Below, piece after piece: positions 28,201 through 29,351 of a stretch of 64,000 nt of DNA. The stretch is from Candidatus Omnitrophota bacterium. Its GTDB lineage: Bacteria; Omnitrophota; Gorgyraeia; Duberdicusellales; 4484-171. Both the position numbers and the translations under genes were made by a program. The notes under the pieces were generated by a model. The model was given only the letters and a program-made list of their open reading frames with translations, ran no database searches and was not told the origin of the DNA. The stretch is from the NCBI GenBank assembly GCA_021735655.1, contig JAIPGM010000001.1, positions 161,728-225,727 on the forward strand, written 5' to 3'. Position 1 is the stretch's first letter; each line of letters begins with the position of its first letter.

Positions 28201-29311
28201 TTTTATTTCTCATAACCATGATTTTTGGTGGGAACGATCCCGCTATTCAAAACATATTCGCACTGATTGTGCTAGTTACTTAGATAACCTTCATAATCGA
28301 ATCCGTCGCCAAACAGTCGTTGTTATAAATCAAGGCCAGTTGAGAAATATTTCAGATCATCTCGATGCTGGTTTGCACAAAGTATTTATTGTTCCGAACG
28401 TAAGAGATTTTTCCCGAAAGCCAAAAGTAGATCATTCGTGCGTAGCTAGGCTTAAGACTTATCTAAGACAGAGGCACGGGATTACTGAAGATTGCCATGT
28501 ATTTTTAGCACCGGTAAGGCCCGTTTATCGAAAGAATTTAGAACATGCTATTGATGGTTTGGCTAAAGTTCAGGAAGAAATGGGGGAACCTTTGCTATTT
28601 GTTGTAAGCCATAGCGCCCAAGATTCTCAACCAGGTTACGTTGACCAACTAAGAGCTCGGGCTGAAAGCCAGGGTCTTAAATTTGTTTATCTGGGTGAAG
28701 AAGTGCTTTCCGGTCAGTTTAGCTTAGAGACGATATATGCTTTTTGTGATATGGTCATTGTTACTTCTACCTGGGAGGGTTGGGGTAATGCCACGCTTGA
28801 AGCATTTTATTACCAGAGACCAGTTATTGTCTGGCCGTACCAGGCTTACCAAACCGAGATAAAGCCTGTAGGGCTAAGTTGCTTAGAGGCGCCTGAATTT
28901 TCTTCTGAGGTCATTACTTCGATAATTACGGTTTTACGATTTACTTGGTTGAGAAAAAGAATTGCTAGAGGGAATTATTGGTTAGCTAAATTACATTTTT
29001 CTTACCGAAGGCTTACAAGAGTATTTTTTAAAGTATTTAATAATTTAGAATCTGCCGAAACCAAAACACAACAATTTCCGCTTGATAATGGTAAAAAGGG
29101 TGAGGGTTCTAAACCAAAACAAAAATTATCTCCTTTCGAGAGATTTAAACAAGACATAGACGAGCTTCTTAGCAATCCCCAAATCAGGCAAGTAAGCGTA
29201 GACAGTATTCTTCAATTTTACGGCCCACGGCTGAAACGCGATGTTGTTGAGGCCCATCTTAAAAGTAAGGGTTTCCAACGCCGGGATAGAGACACCTATT
29301 TAATTCCCTGA
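56..29311 (+). CDS. Giant stop-free ORF, at least 9,751 codons and 5'-partial (frame open back to window position 2). It encodes a polyprotein-like chain of about 28 heterogeneous modules separated by a recurring PLDNG[RK] peptide.
   Basis: The ORF track gives 56..29311. I read the 18 codons upstream of the ATG at 56 in frame and found no stop before the window edge. Absence of TAA/TAG/TGA over about 9.75k codons is essentially impossible by chance at this base composition. The translated content carries many recognisable enzyme motifs listed below. The stop at 29309..29311 is TGA. Confidence 0.6.
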   Translation: MREGMIGAAVDFEQMMQANSLSVNLAQVATRRLLADIAIYHTEEFALGLHLQTKGVPTFIMPPAINPFSYKNIPLADNFIRATMVKYGLDPNKFTVVEISRFDPFKGPLEAIQAFVRLFLDNPGLQNDLQFVYAGNMADDNPKGKRDFEKIDAYSRYLRKKFPKLRKALFLLGLGNKPGTVALNWAQRRSLRVGGQFARPFSRKEIGRLNGVEINALEVNALQQQLEMEKRDGRLVISLPRKIAIQPSSKEGFGLVAAEATGKGTLVIASLIGGLKAQLKDLLAQASWLGINYTPEEISQSLEVYDSMDSDQHRGVVFDVAYLERINLYQRLNQREFVLGLATSLRVAYELAHKNPDVYRELGLAARCQTLDKFITLANVENRLAAASLIVDNQQPLDNGKPEVPMPSSYWIDHSLLHEIDNVWANLDWINPGPSLSIARQIEKNFKPAQEPGFLRVSIDAFGPLNGFKNQVLAEHEQYFDSEVYKDYRAGIIHAIDNLWQHGGKYGALFLMAQLRGRTVRFTYCLLDRGDGFINDDYNHVRLEEAVQAHRTFKRAGKNGMGLYYMAIKPDYFSITAVNCYRAVATTQAHYWETGYTKEWPFCPQQTPVNKGVRVISVKDVALGLLPFSNMQPLDNGRRTDEERLDFIGFLVESYLEALFTFRRLRANNSEVAEMYLPAISETAVRKKRAKWVVTAVEVAREAFQVMARADFRHSSGLTIRSIFDSILASGGRNQAANDLGVDRASLTRWMHSLPNDLLGGLDPELAVFKQRILDLFDENNTRPLDNGKENIDLLAVTAVKREDTSPWLAGPLSAVAPIYIGKQQGPLDNGRAPLDNGQPANFWKVLHSGIYVLPIYYTRLFDTAKDAGIGKYTYVVPFVRDHVLSLGHQAILFLPFSLQLPWSQSPYDAADWRYFNTDYIDWGLIPEAQPFLGKFDYYGHSQRSVDFRSIRPRELLIGKAAFLNLRDNREKQYRQRWEDFQRFVNNQRSRGPEWDLTHLGHYRAFNDVLGNDFGLWVHEGMYCPRQDTHPDVIKYNVAEQNKNMQYSDLIQFYQYQQWIAFGQARDMLEGLRNIGVFYLLDNPFFHAKGGINFWTQNIISRDRHYEFFDRSPGVPGIGSDPEQFWTSLVPWNWPRLRELDYEPFLNPYHYYLGDLGAQGVRADAIHFLFPWIHWERGPYAANFQSWESPGHDLLWRLDNVFNSYGAFRLGELLGPGFESIQRMGFDNYHWHFYRMWKWGGGPDLNPGWNAKALELHDGPRVCVDHEHGFYPYAGHAYLRHRLEGPGGLKELNSRFLLGSSDIAMVYAGDEVADNWWINNPNLPEWMMDRNWATRMPMQGDQDFDLSVALSMLEHRRWIGQRLIERTPLDNGKQEFNHLSLVESNGEQKLYSASSLVISQRGVYLSPTSTGPKEVISQIQLSPSGIKVSGELTSQEPKSRPIDYRHSYEINFYFEKLAKAYGRGLFVGINDVQLWIRLSQALGDFLWGVLRLETGIFDIPDRKLRRLVIQEALYHEVMTSALGLSVANRGLREFFATILSVSHFCYLSEIAKDQDKLNYRLGILQALDRGLIQMSDSLAGLYRQIAESGSLPDPATLVKAVITHINEEERYHSDRRSFRDYVRTKSENFSGRFTVGNLTQAVLNDSALQLELQAEWTNFLGFLANSQTVARAWQPKIKFIRGPRGIKVINPQGVPDQGGYQFQLQSFRAIFDCLGLPNPLSEPAALNRYLGFLPEPPEYDSQAVNLPELNISQILPGVAVVYPDSLEANQLAVRRALYELMNFRVWKLAVEIRGALGTEDALFFDQHCQVHSFVDVAQGWMLDLNPQSPIVYDDVLPGGQAYEAPEQPDLAEHERLHQKAQAVFSKVWAITMNRFLRDQRMFGGEAVGLVGFTTTVPILYRYIQQCKHSEPEYSLQRPLNNGLGILQYLQSLRRSQETEAARRVSLDQGFGQLKSLLVEKLQSIDSTTLSIANLDQALNEDSQAIFLTLEQLREARFQAESFRNGQVSMCDLASLALAAASEEVFGQRHLVKIVVGYYRVDEQLYKKHYWVVIDETLLIDITYGQFDPDHLNRILVATVDDYLRLKLEYGTELEPLDNGKQTQVQPTCLEARWWNNYYPGVIEGTGIRPTARSLSFEQIEEVVCLLLLDQAGQELVAKIINRELPDVYPSVRRTALKAMVRFDHYELFGPKIITCLQDVVRDGAEMYQPFALYALAQTPAFNGPVANRFAEEALKGTLKPSPRKPTAAEKTALQEGLEPNTQAIRFKSRLASVEYLKGVLAQRQGWARVCLGTVPHFSRVSNRALINKFAAQVLAADKKLSSSSAQRRQKDKSEFWGLEQAEFIHPATGHEALVELANDPELSSSDESPLVDQILHQMEELGYVPILRPSKFQLTEPAQGQEAEIDREALWTKDAVLMISTKFGIVPVSSALANLKGGEFVSGYGKRGSFMIIPAAALNSKQQLSDIIPEVPIHVFPSGFLVINDQGVIRLRGTSHIDTSLGAIPIMARPESGQLMLIDPLLHQVARTHPRYRDHYQSVVQEDGVRFIDVPEPERHLNPANFGILPGGEIFMPYAPRTKQVLIEAGVNEQYIIMLPSEFNKYLPTLHVLAGSIGCLVAQAFHPVEKREPLDNGHEKEKRQTRSRAIDISTKGAEDLLFTELQTGSLVSLVVDGLEYWLSLDQGDEVWFDLYRPKDDIIGYIYFRNDAMPARKIANFGGPSIVPAYRGRHLSRVLYFVYFRYLWRNNYIPEEDCLTIDDRLALKLYHEAKKFYYDQDHTFTPFQIIPRAEKTKAAKPLDNGHDMVQKQLFELIKRKSDSIKTFLEPFEACLAYNGVLALLIRGRPDLSVKFLLKKIGSAEHWFLLAETVLGNHQFVVDISPQGKMFTDIEVLVVDCAEAGKINYLYEDYTVVSDQETENLLRALARQKGMNEFLHLVHQLPEEKWIGRLPDSDQSMPLDNGKLINEGSESSFSDITNSMRVTFVMPMYNEQQRLLPKTSDNPYGEDALRVKVSQFRELEQENPNFQWRLIAVDDGTPGFASAKCLEQILAEIDAQNREFNIYSKVFVVVITEQEKKLLGSRKGGAVLRGFQEALSHGWADYIGITDTDISSNVNQTKDLILALRKGAGVAIGSRRQSGAEARGIPLLGRVSTVIYNWCIRLILWPLFSIRDTQRGFKLFQKEVIVRILPYARDHHLSFDTELLLLSRLAGYQIAEVPIVWIDSAEATTLVMSKDAPAMLWRVIKQARHIFNNPFRGQKPLDNGRKINLSVRMLRKARLITVHVDAGDCPAALASAIDKLVSGLGQIQVSRSNIVLNTAHQNSPMDIVSSVGSLSTEQITTLFPEAVFLIAGGNVFKCLRNLVESLAVGSVNKRTVRIFVLYDYTYGQGSNYSPEQLAGEYYDYFSDMLSVYSDRFNLAVFYLAQNQFEQEIYGKNLSGPNLSLAIIEKEALASQVPLDNGRSLGELTAEGYNLKFLARSSDLRMTAHCRRDVSFNSYLYDYRLDPEHTYRQAQLVPLVARSVKENAFRKSSDWQYLPQHLKDLYDSGKVLMIASRAQAKAKPSRYSALVISGRTEAFSGRMGILLYDNRPIIVSILDKPFFIEAKGIGVAQGGFSSVHRRSGHRYEVTGAQRWQASLKEFTSLELERKISRFFGTADTPRALAAIVYKYPQMDQLISDSLTSQAERREAKEQLGDSLGIMLRLSPSSRRFAYNLEQRHIRMLGEASARLLCSYLPRVHTSPHFENLLEWAEGSEFSWSDYGDIEVLFAQSSYHWSRSLINARRILMSYLETSISWNVNLLKKLGIIETEAEFISEYLAGFVAYAETLDWITPEAIERLARVRSPKEFVDVMIFEVFALNAYNVFKKQTYETIVEVNQNNLVEELLSSALTIAQRQEKAQLVAELSGHIEAAKQGEAFLGCRIKKSQANQGVLTPVAQPVKNSSWANPFFDQFAYDLWHALLFDDHNLYDYVQAKWDYTVGEEGAFNVAGFYLLDAHYLGLLRSRTSMHNIPEKLYMCSAGYEMTANINKLLTAINRVSLCPQENTLVRSTVRNTLQHAISQRLSKWRLARALILVVESNGEVLAGDDSTYVYIMDSGPGMPIDAVMQGDWRRHSTMFGTDLKGFREYRDVEWILDSWSSKAGGPQRWDGLRGGLVEGALVPDNMPLFGTLFGMRLKHGLESSSKPLDNGRDSRSKGQNLGSLGTANKAPPVKTYNVESPFNRFSLRLLDLILTLSFLPLIILASLPIAIFVKYQIFKHKTGQSVIFKEQRFGYKGKPFIMYKFRTYIGDKDNPKAVLLSLRCLGLDELPQWWNILKGDLSIWGVRPKLQDDPSSDSDFQAHLDQINDLRKPGIISLATADVHAEMEHVSFSAEHRDRQIAFDLYEAEYWSFFLAFKIVVLNIFAQFKEAARIVFRNKILVIVAVHIPQAEQPKAGPILNILEYLSQRFPSKYYSVFVGFPDSGNPNLNLDLAIPQGLTIGLGEGDEYNIVNSQGLKLKFSWQFEGPDDLSQRTLKIGRHKLLMPLCAESSLPVFSGAKKKIPHKAIFIPFIAFRPCIVTCMNDLIFLNLPIIGLDTANGIFLFVPGSTQIDIVGTNKLLAVAINHSGRVMGSSFKDLDQVVPLDNGRQTISHFRSGEGQSRTGPTSRNFPLDNGGRNNEAIENNRFSFANRLGKVLVATVIGGISLGLLYLFGGLDWYTNIKNSIPLGAVIFWPGAFLDMVTGVLIWLISDIVGQYLNQGRSIRYRQSFKVGAWGVFQGLATHILYNLVELLPVVPLPLAQAMFRTIFTLFGGLTINIFYTVVVARARKASKAEGYSGLKERHKAYDVIFSKFIVAPIKTYFIVNLLPPATRVISEQAWEYLMKVFDAYLMNRKDSLFSSYILNLLSRKKPLDNGRSGQSDDQITLVSDNLVDSFRNVRQRLVVTVRRAQMSRLDFKPGIVSLQNMSPKVDYFCLSSISERQEDIQAYRQVPLVQDGASFGESYSEKYLIAQEPDTLVLVEGDEGLIASFDYSLCGCLVIRARNLFGMAHLSPFIDFSDEEMEIENDRIYYKYLSVLDYFKLQGYKDVQIFLSLNELLQGFKTLKARLWSAGDSDATNRQRVVDLLGIEARQRGIAVVDRRLRQKSEVLDVLGFPRKMISRQWLNRGTKPESFEIIFIETRDELPVAINSETQQPEIEYFQFAWPVVIPLDNGRRKLPNDDWIWVNGESLQFVGRDGLLITGMEGRGKSFLARKIYDSDDRWKVVSCGATHVCIRNELAERALLGRRLSENNLLYSRLSGTIPVELSLDVVVRLNWVMALDDLYREILGGLLADAGQRESLGLKIIDMSDLDVTRQWPKVLKFINASIVKPETYDKGNSLFQVPLDNGRRAQVEQEREFLIQTIINVFSQGEGLCLEPAQIEAAIAVDTSFDEYRIARNLPIVIGLKGNIYENCPLASKPLLLVFTGRGSITKPELIFNAYTQQGLVREASRLSRSMETKNAIWEIPYHGKKTAFILEDKNNWIALAAVYGPEDIYQQGLLICKGGDRITRLGTEISQAAGEADEEAIFSDYSRALVVARLLGFSILDGPDMMRRVNRRMSAMIAAAKETVADINEFAKAYPGYEAVDTHHILKPTTSNPVEEGGFPHTEWMVTSRGVVQGTVTALRWLRQVLDVGENRYPEEVVRFVKNLNIFGSPMSYIVQGFGDVGSGITKLFLTIFKIFGFQARGFNNRYFAIYRREGLPKPFLVEAREIVEVSPDALDLGRLLAMKSFDDQLQGAVVWIANPINPKTKEPVFGPADVDRVNQALAERGVTAIWGDQTVVNELIYQKATVLFLAATANVISELSQVERLQVKIISEGANNAVKPELREPLRKANVFYIPGELLNGGGIYASKEDIRHNHTDGSELIRQHRQYYYIHVTDEIDTLALHRMISFLEIWAESAGNFSFDLTVHVEKVAGRIFEAADNLVRTNNTRLRKFTQIDQKRTFDHQAGRPTLPWRHSLYEIAIEMAPMGILYHLRDVGRHLSLLNRFKVAIKEDGQIDNYHICRLRFALFELTKLGYYLKSNQRRRLIGLLPGIITDEKCDGLLRKDAMFCLAMAIRWQEEESCKSEVDRARKLYLGILQNPLESAQLHTWAQHCLYRIFGENYFRRISADFDRLNGVNLPKPLDNGRDSSVGITSEPLRILAELISNSYRTKALVEFLQPFLDCESVNYLQEEIAKHCQLPAWGVVSSSHYLDEGYFYYGLKSGIDRCLERGVMVENDGNRLYVTKDSEDTVKYSGLDETQENQWGIFIFPSEYFNQAINCGYAEAGLRLSHNRLGITTYPYFKSSLSLAPARFLIIDRSKADEHRHLEGQPKLKDKLQALTEAGLKVLWLPDSSGPFFDPDFQYAFGELLFSNDIPETNRFLFYPSADTQDLTKIIWWVLQSLRMSSIKNRLLHNMELARQFKKIGPFDNGRADFTTADEQIGNLFAEAVITGDNVLIETHWDAVAAKRGGSLNILEHAGLRITRSLALGIVPRAGEWPDRVETDQIILSSSRYGWIDSERDIEHLLSGFDQARLLNSFNLGHYYQGCHYRSFLSWLAVLKSSHFPAVIFHFIGELINSWGIKPAAKSDFPVLASRRDIFSFVSVPYVSDIEKLDLPVAVFFDGKLSSLRRGDSRKQPTLILAYWQALNGFIGFKEQIARETAEFQNTPLDNGRKEHDISDSTVIQWPLNVIVKDMRGLSKGEILAVVKTGKIFWGREIVGAIFSDRNIVFGKVVDDKFIVFDDWLIERIPGGLLEGLRRSILFLPYLGSILRNKTSSINKPLDNGKKYNYRQVLEMVDCFDSARLEAHLFRALGRVETEAVSIAGDIIRAARKFERITKAVKSLYRKTYGKLPNFTLAFDPSGQGMYGAYQEDDTAGFFDHIGVAPEDVLLEVGSGDGSISDFMAHMFGIKATGIEVWEPYYHYAVFLRDEAVRRRFIPEGKVDFLNNNLVDVDFSKYSLVYYAALGTRRKSELAARLLGVREKSRILIRGSPDELVEGIIASHPDFSLRKLEIEVNENLTGIKARVYTRETITSYQPVLDVPLDNGRKNNPQMVRARLAAFEKSIEGIVPRADPLYDHLIRFYQYPLNNLGEPDEETYVRNNTKEQERELLRFWAGHFGLPKNYGGHVTIGIGQAEYYAMYVASNRFPKAIFYISNQVDSLLYDTLQVLGIDQGRIKLIRSLENGEIDYGDLKRKIRENSSWPAVVCLTAGRFLGAVDDLGKVEGILGSLGLKHKHIHCSMSPLSIGQSFLEDAAKIDFQHGLDSMSLPLYHFVRCPMPGVIVLTRRKYLQNIACSQKAAEYVNSNDTTNSGSRSGHAPLYLWFATKVIGTKGFKAQAERAREVCVSIKALFDRYGYPCRFTAQKNTIIFEPPFYELRQKWGLLSHGQWSCFEIVPYLTPVEIAEFVSDLLGDHSQAVAAPVETVFPERIVYEPSPEVLDVLDQLEARIQILMERFLGFPANIAGNETSFAALSSLFKYTLRKKDVEGFRHEALKFFTDLYGLRYEDFYCGITAGGTWGNRVGLLVGRENFPGGILYYSQDSHYSIDKVARSLNMEVRKVASLSNGQIDYDELAEAIEENRGRPVIVNLNIGTTMKGAIDNPQRVIEILREQDVTDYYIHCDAALFGMILPFLEAAPKIDLANGVHSIAISGHKFLGLPMPSGIFMVRKNCARDRLITISDRLLTAQTGHVILYFWQAVASRGYEGCREEAMACVDNAQYLYYRLQERGLPSEVNPFSNITMFSRPSGSLIDTWQLAPCGDRVHVVAMQHVTRDKIDAFVQELTRDMQQGQIELASSMQPLDNGRRRKASLVPEVGLDELVEKHLGNLKLISSEYGKSVGMLSTILRRPDNESLQQRAEELRKIGPGRLALAADLGEFGVDSLKIGQKYGVGRRTAASWLVNNGFGDRVNSARYSRSRTLRRQKIAQEYEPIARLLDGEGNLLQTFYTHISWKEVSAYPFAVLDELEIQATEVLSYGGKQWGQFKGHAGHRARITLEWGYPIEVAMSSKRGVDQGSYRAMQLRTYQSTLFDREGELLDTAFFVFGYDEDLCRGTTKVVNYQLTKAGRISIFGDEQIQLIKHKQAWANLVAVDGKVVRATILDREGGNEVITYNFSRVYDENNRVIYTFTGGLEFKQSSVPPALLKSLARGRIEGIYLKGGRGNLTIGGRTWVVLSDYKNYPCRAYIEEGLVVRVEVLGEEGEAVFTKHSHRLYDREDNFVEVFYDSISPERLNQVGLCRSSPLIVTPSGELCLSGNRYTFENEGGSKAIVWIEPGVKFTRNRKPDGKAVRIDFYDQYMHYKHTRYAVRIYEDEGVLIDTFFGPGYAEKLKIFGDVIGFAQLDTLGSLNIGYTTHTFTKYGDPRHFVRFSLHQAQVLDVDVLGHDYCHIDRVGFDAWPDMAIDHFEMARIVDEQDQLLHTFWYGVYSERIPNRGRARILGATFTAGGHLRLGNEDVYHDANFPEARVNVTYIDGEVSEILIYQDAQGNSVNYHYTKKQIDNYKRRVQYYNLRGHVFEHALRVALPFLSDCPFDYQKRIGGEVDGWVDGEAEPKPADSRSLKRPDFTSPFSWAMSEGVLCYIDAKFNLRIKFLIEYLEAIKETLRTDYFTDCDAPVETHFVGRVIFEIVYLGRVSEANVEAKLAGHQRNFSATNSEMLTLKPVSFLDEYGDRLKTAGQDTLVRFLRHLRVFHYKPGRKKALDSYLAQLEQDKIPEIADEQTNLFSRPLDNGRERLLVSSGNSHLKSFREAKGLLAKLKCTDIFGVVMGYRAALADRDNYQRVFARDSVWMGLAEMLSGCKGSLALTLSVLKHHQCRYGQRRGAIPSNISRYHRVSYGTTSPRIDPTLLYIVSSGQYYRSRPAYFQKQFLVENLSPLQKAIAYLERQWVMDNGLLFIPIAGDWADEYFQQGLVLYDEVLWYMALSEYAYLLAEDNNSNSEVYQAKAAWVKNIVRSKFWINKNPGQGNLGHFRHFFNQLQSPNQAATFGCPYDSFDAFGNILAILSGVATEEQTAQIIKYIDVISENNQPLLVPAHYPAEEVEHFVHTGAPYRYQFKNNPGCYHNAGLWSWYTGLYVAALVKAGRLDRAAKFLEGVQLANEAKDSNGRGYHEYHTNIPGQLSRPGGVSNLGVSAAGYIIAHQAFFKNKIVFGQNHPLDNGRQMPDYFSPVGDVNVTLNSSSEKAPLDNGRNYSSSPIFQETTFTYWLRVSLYLLRFLLSAPYYFIITLVVSRMMKGKNILFVSYRINEFALDGVSLEIKEWRNLLYRLGAHIFLFSGHSKIVQDGSITGQAPDCIESDFLAEQATKIREKIEREGKLDAEDFELIHRAKEIIKRNLRKCILENNIHYIVSENVFCLPGNLALAEALIELAEEFPRLGFISHNHDFWWERSRYSKHIRTDCASYLDNLHNRIRRQTVVVINQGQLRNISDHLDAGLHKVFIVPNVRDFSRKPKVDHSCVARLKTYLRQRHGITEDCHVFLAPVRPVYRKNLEHAIDGLAKVQEEMGEPLLFVVSHSAQDSQPGYVDQLRARAESQGLKFVYLGEEVLSGQFSLETIYAFCDMVIVTSTWEGWGNATLEAFYYQRPVIVWPYQAYQTEIKPVGLSCLEAPEFSSEVITSIITVLRFTWLRKRIARGNYWLAKLHFSYRRLTRVFFKVFNNLESAETKTQQFPLDNGKKGEGSKPKQKLSPFERFKQDIDELLSNPQIRQVSVDSILQFYGPRLKRDVVEAHLKSKGFQRRDRDTYLIP
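2218..2310 (+). other. Fis-type helix-turn-helix DNA-binding motif inside module C (1967..2404).
   Basis: SIFDSILASGGRNQAANDLGVDRASLTRWM resembles the C-terminal HTH of Fis/NtrC-family regulators (consensus GN.s.AA..LGisR.TLyRKl). Confidence 0.45.
2570..4156 (+). other. Module E: alpha-amylase-superfamily (GH13-like) glycoside hydrolase or transglycosidase module.
   Basis: About 529 aa between the PLDNG sites at 2555 and 4157. GVRADAIHF resembles GH13 conserved region II (GFRxDAAKH) with its catalytic Asp. The module is rich in aromatic carbohydrate-binding residues. The upstream GT4 (TreT-like) module is consistent with alpha-glucan or trehalose metabolism. Confidence 0.4.
7955..8440 (+). 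other. Module I: GNAT-like N-acetyltransferase fold, tentative.
   Basis: IGYIYF...SIVPAYRGRHLSRVLYFVYF resembles GNAT motif A (V.P.yRG.GiG..Ll). The module is 162 aa, a typical GNAT size. Confidence 0.35.
8987..9826 (+). other. Module K: GT2-family glycosyltransferase (dolichyl-phosphate-sugar synthase-like).
   Basis: MRVTFVMPMYNE matches the GT2 N-terminus, followed by IAVDDGTPG (DxD-type) and GITDTDIS. The RGFKLFQKE region and the length of about 280 aa fit GT2. It is bounded by PLDNG at 8921 and 9827. Confidence 0.7.
12700..13300 (+). other. Small phosphoglycosyltransferase (PglC/WbaP C-terminal-like bacterial sugar transferase) domain within module N (12620..13915).
   Basis: FNRFSLRLLDLILTLSFLPLIILASLPIAIFVKYQI is the re-entrant membrane helix. 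FKEQRFGYKGKPFIMYKFRTY, DELPQWWNILKGDLSIWGVRP and DLYEAEYWSFFLAFKIVV are the hallmark motifs of the Bac_transf family. Confidence 0.7.
14015..14722 (+). other. Module P: polytopic integral membrane module of unknown function.
   Basis: Several long hydrophobic stretches (VLVATVIGGISLGLLYLFGGL, GAVIFWPGAFLDMVTGVLIWLI, LFGGLTINIFYTVVVA). The module lies between PLDNG at 14000 and 14723. Confidence 0.5.
15632..16141 (+). other. Module R: P-loop NTPase module.
   Basis: The Walker A-like motif ITGMEGRGKSFLARKI is present. The module is about 170 aa. Confidence 0.4.
16450..17700 (+). other. Glu/Leu/Phe/Val-dehydrogenase-like (amino acid dehydrogenase) domain within module S (16157..18496).
   Basis: IVQGFGDVGSGITKLF matches the NAD(P)-binding GFGNVG motif. 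EGANNAVKPE matches EGANGPTTPE. IPGELLNGGGIYAS matches PDILANAGGV. The motif order and spacing fit the ELFV_dehydrog family. Confidence 0.5.
20435..21205 (+). other. Module W: class I SAM-dependent methyltransferase module.
   Basis: LLEVGSGDGSISDF is the glycine-rich SAM-binding motif I. The module is about 257 aa and lies between PLDNG at 20420 and 21206. Confidence 0.55.
22480..23460 (+). other. PLP-dependent group II decarboxylase (histidine-decarboxylase-like) domain in module X. A degenerate duplicate lies upstream at about 21400..22200.
   Basis: YYIHCDAALFGMILPF matches H-x-D-A-A. SIAISGHKFLGLPMPSGIFMVRK matches the PLP-lysine motif S-x-HK of the histidine/aromatic amino acid decarboxylase family. 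The upstream half (YISNQVDSLLYDT...ENGEIDYGDL...AVVCLTAGRFLGAVDDL...IHCSMSPLS) has the same layout but lacks the HxDAA and HK motifs. Confidence 0.6.
23495..26254 (+). other. Module Y: large (920 aa) RHS/YD-repeat-like module.
   Basis: Recurring YD-type repeats: FDREGELLDTAFFVFGYDED, RVYDENNRVIYTFTGG, RLYDREDNFVEVFYD, RIYEDEGVLIDTFFGPGY and ILDREGGNEVITYNF. Confidence 0.4.
26270..27535 (+). other. Module Z: (alpha/alpha)6-barrel glycoside hydrolase of the glycogen-debranching (GDE_C / amylo-alpha-1,6-glucosidase) type.
   Basis: IPIAGDWADEYFQQGLVLYDEVLWYMALSEYAYLL, FGCPYDSFDAFGNILAILSGV and NNPGCYHNAGLWSWYTGLYVAALVKAGR match conserved blocks of the GDE_C family. Confidence 0.55.
27638..29077 (+). 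other. Module AB: N-terminal transmembrane helix plus a GT4-type glycosyltransferase.
   Basis: A hydrophobic helix (LYLLRFLLSAPYYFIITLVV) is followed by a two-Rossmann GT-B layout. The C-terminal VTSTWEGWGNATLEAFYYQRPVIV matches the GT4 E-x7-E region. Confidence 0.55.
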
Positions 29312-29351
29312 AGGTTGCTTTAAGACAAGCCTTAAGGTATAATTACTTTCA

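Larger units (their letters stand above)
1241..29092 (+). repeat. 29 dispersed in-frame copies of a 15-nt motif encoding PLDNG (27 exact, plus one PLNNG at 5807 and one PFDNG at 19355). Synonymous codon choice varies between copies.
   Basis: Motif starts at the Pro codon: 1241, 1952, 2405, 2534, 2555, 4157, 5807, 6338, 7940, 8441, 8921, 9827, 10418, 12605, 13916, 14000, 14723, 15617, 16142, 18497, 19355, 20081, 20420, 21206, 23480, 26255, 27536, 27623, 29078. All lie in the frame of the giant ORF, since (pos-56) is divisible by 3 for each. Leu codons used across copies are TTA, TTG, CTA, CTT, CTC and CTG. Asp is GAT or GAC, Asn is AAT or AAC, and Gly is GGT, GGC, GGA or GGG. Confidence 0.9.

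Noticed and set aside
1241-29092. Could the PLDNG repeats be a CRISPR array or a nucleotide-level repeat element?
   Set aside because: The unit is only 15 nt. The spacing is irregular (21 to about 2,800 nt). The copies differ at synonymous positions, so there is no conserved nucleotide repeat. No cas genes are present.
1241-29092. Viral 2A-like ribosome-skipping sites or inteins at the module junctions.
   Set aside because: The motif lacks the NPG-P core of 2A peptides. The inter-motif segments lack intein blocks (N-terminal Cys/Ser nucleophile, C-terminal HN plus Cys/Ser/Thr).
56-29311. Alternative genetic code (stop-codon reassignment) as the explanation for the missing stops.
   Set aside because: A reassigned stop would appear as in-frame stops under standard translation, not as their absence. 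The downstream genes in the same window terminate normally with TAA, TAG and TGA.
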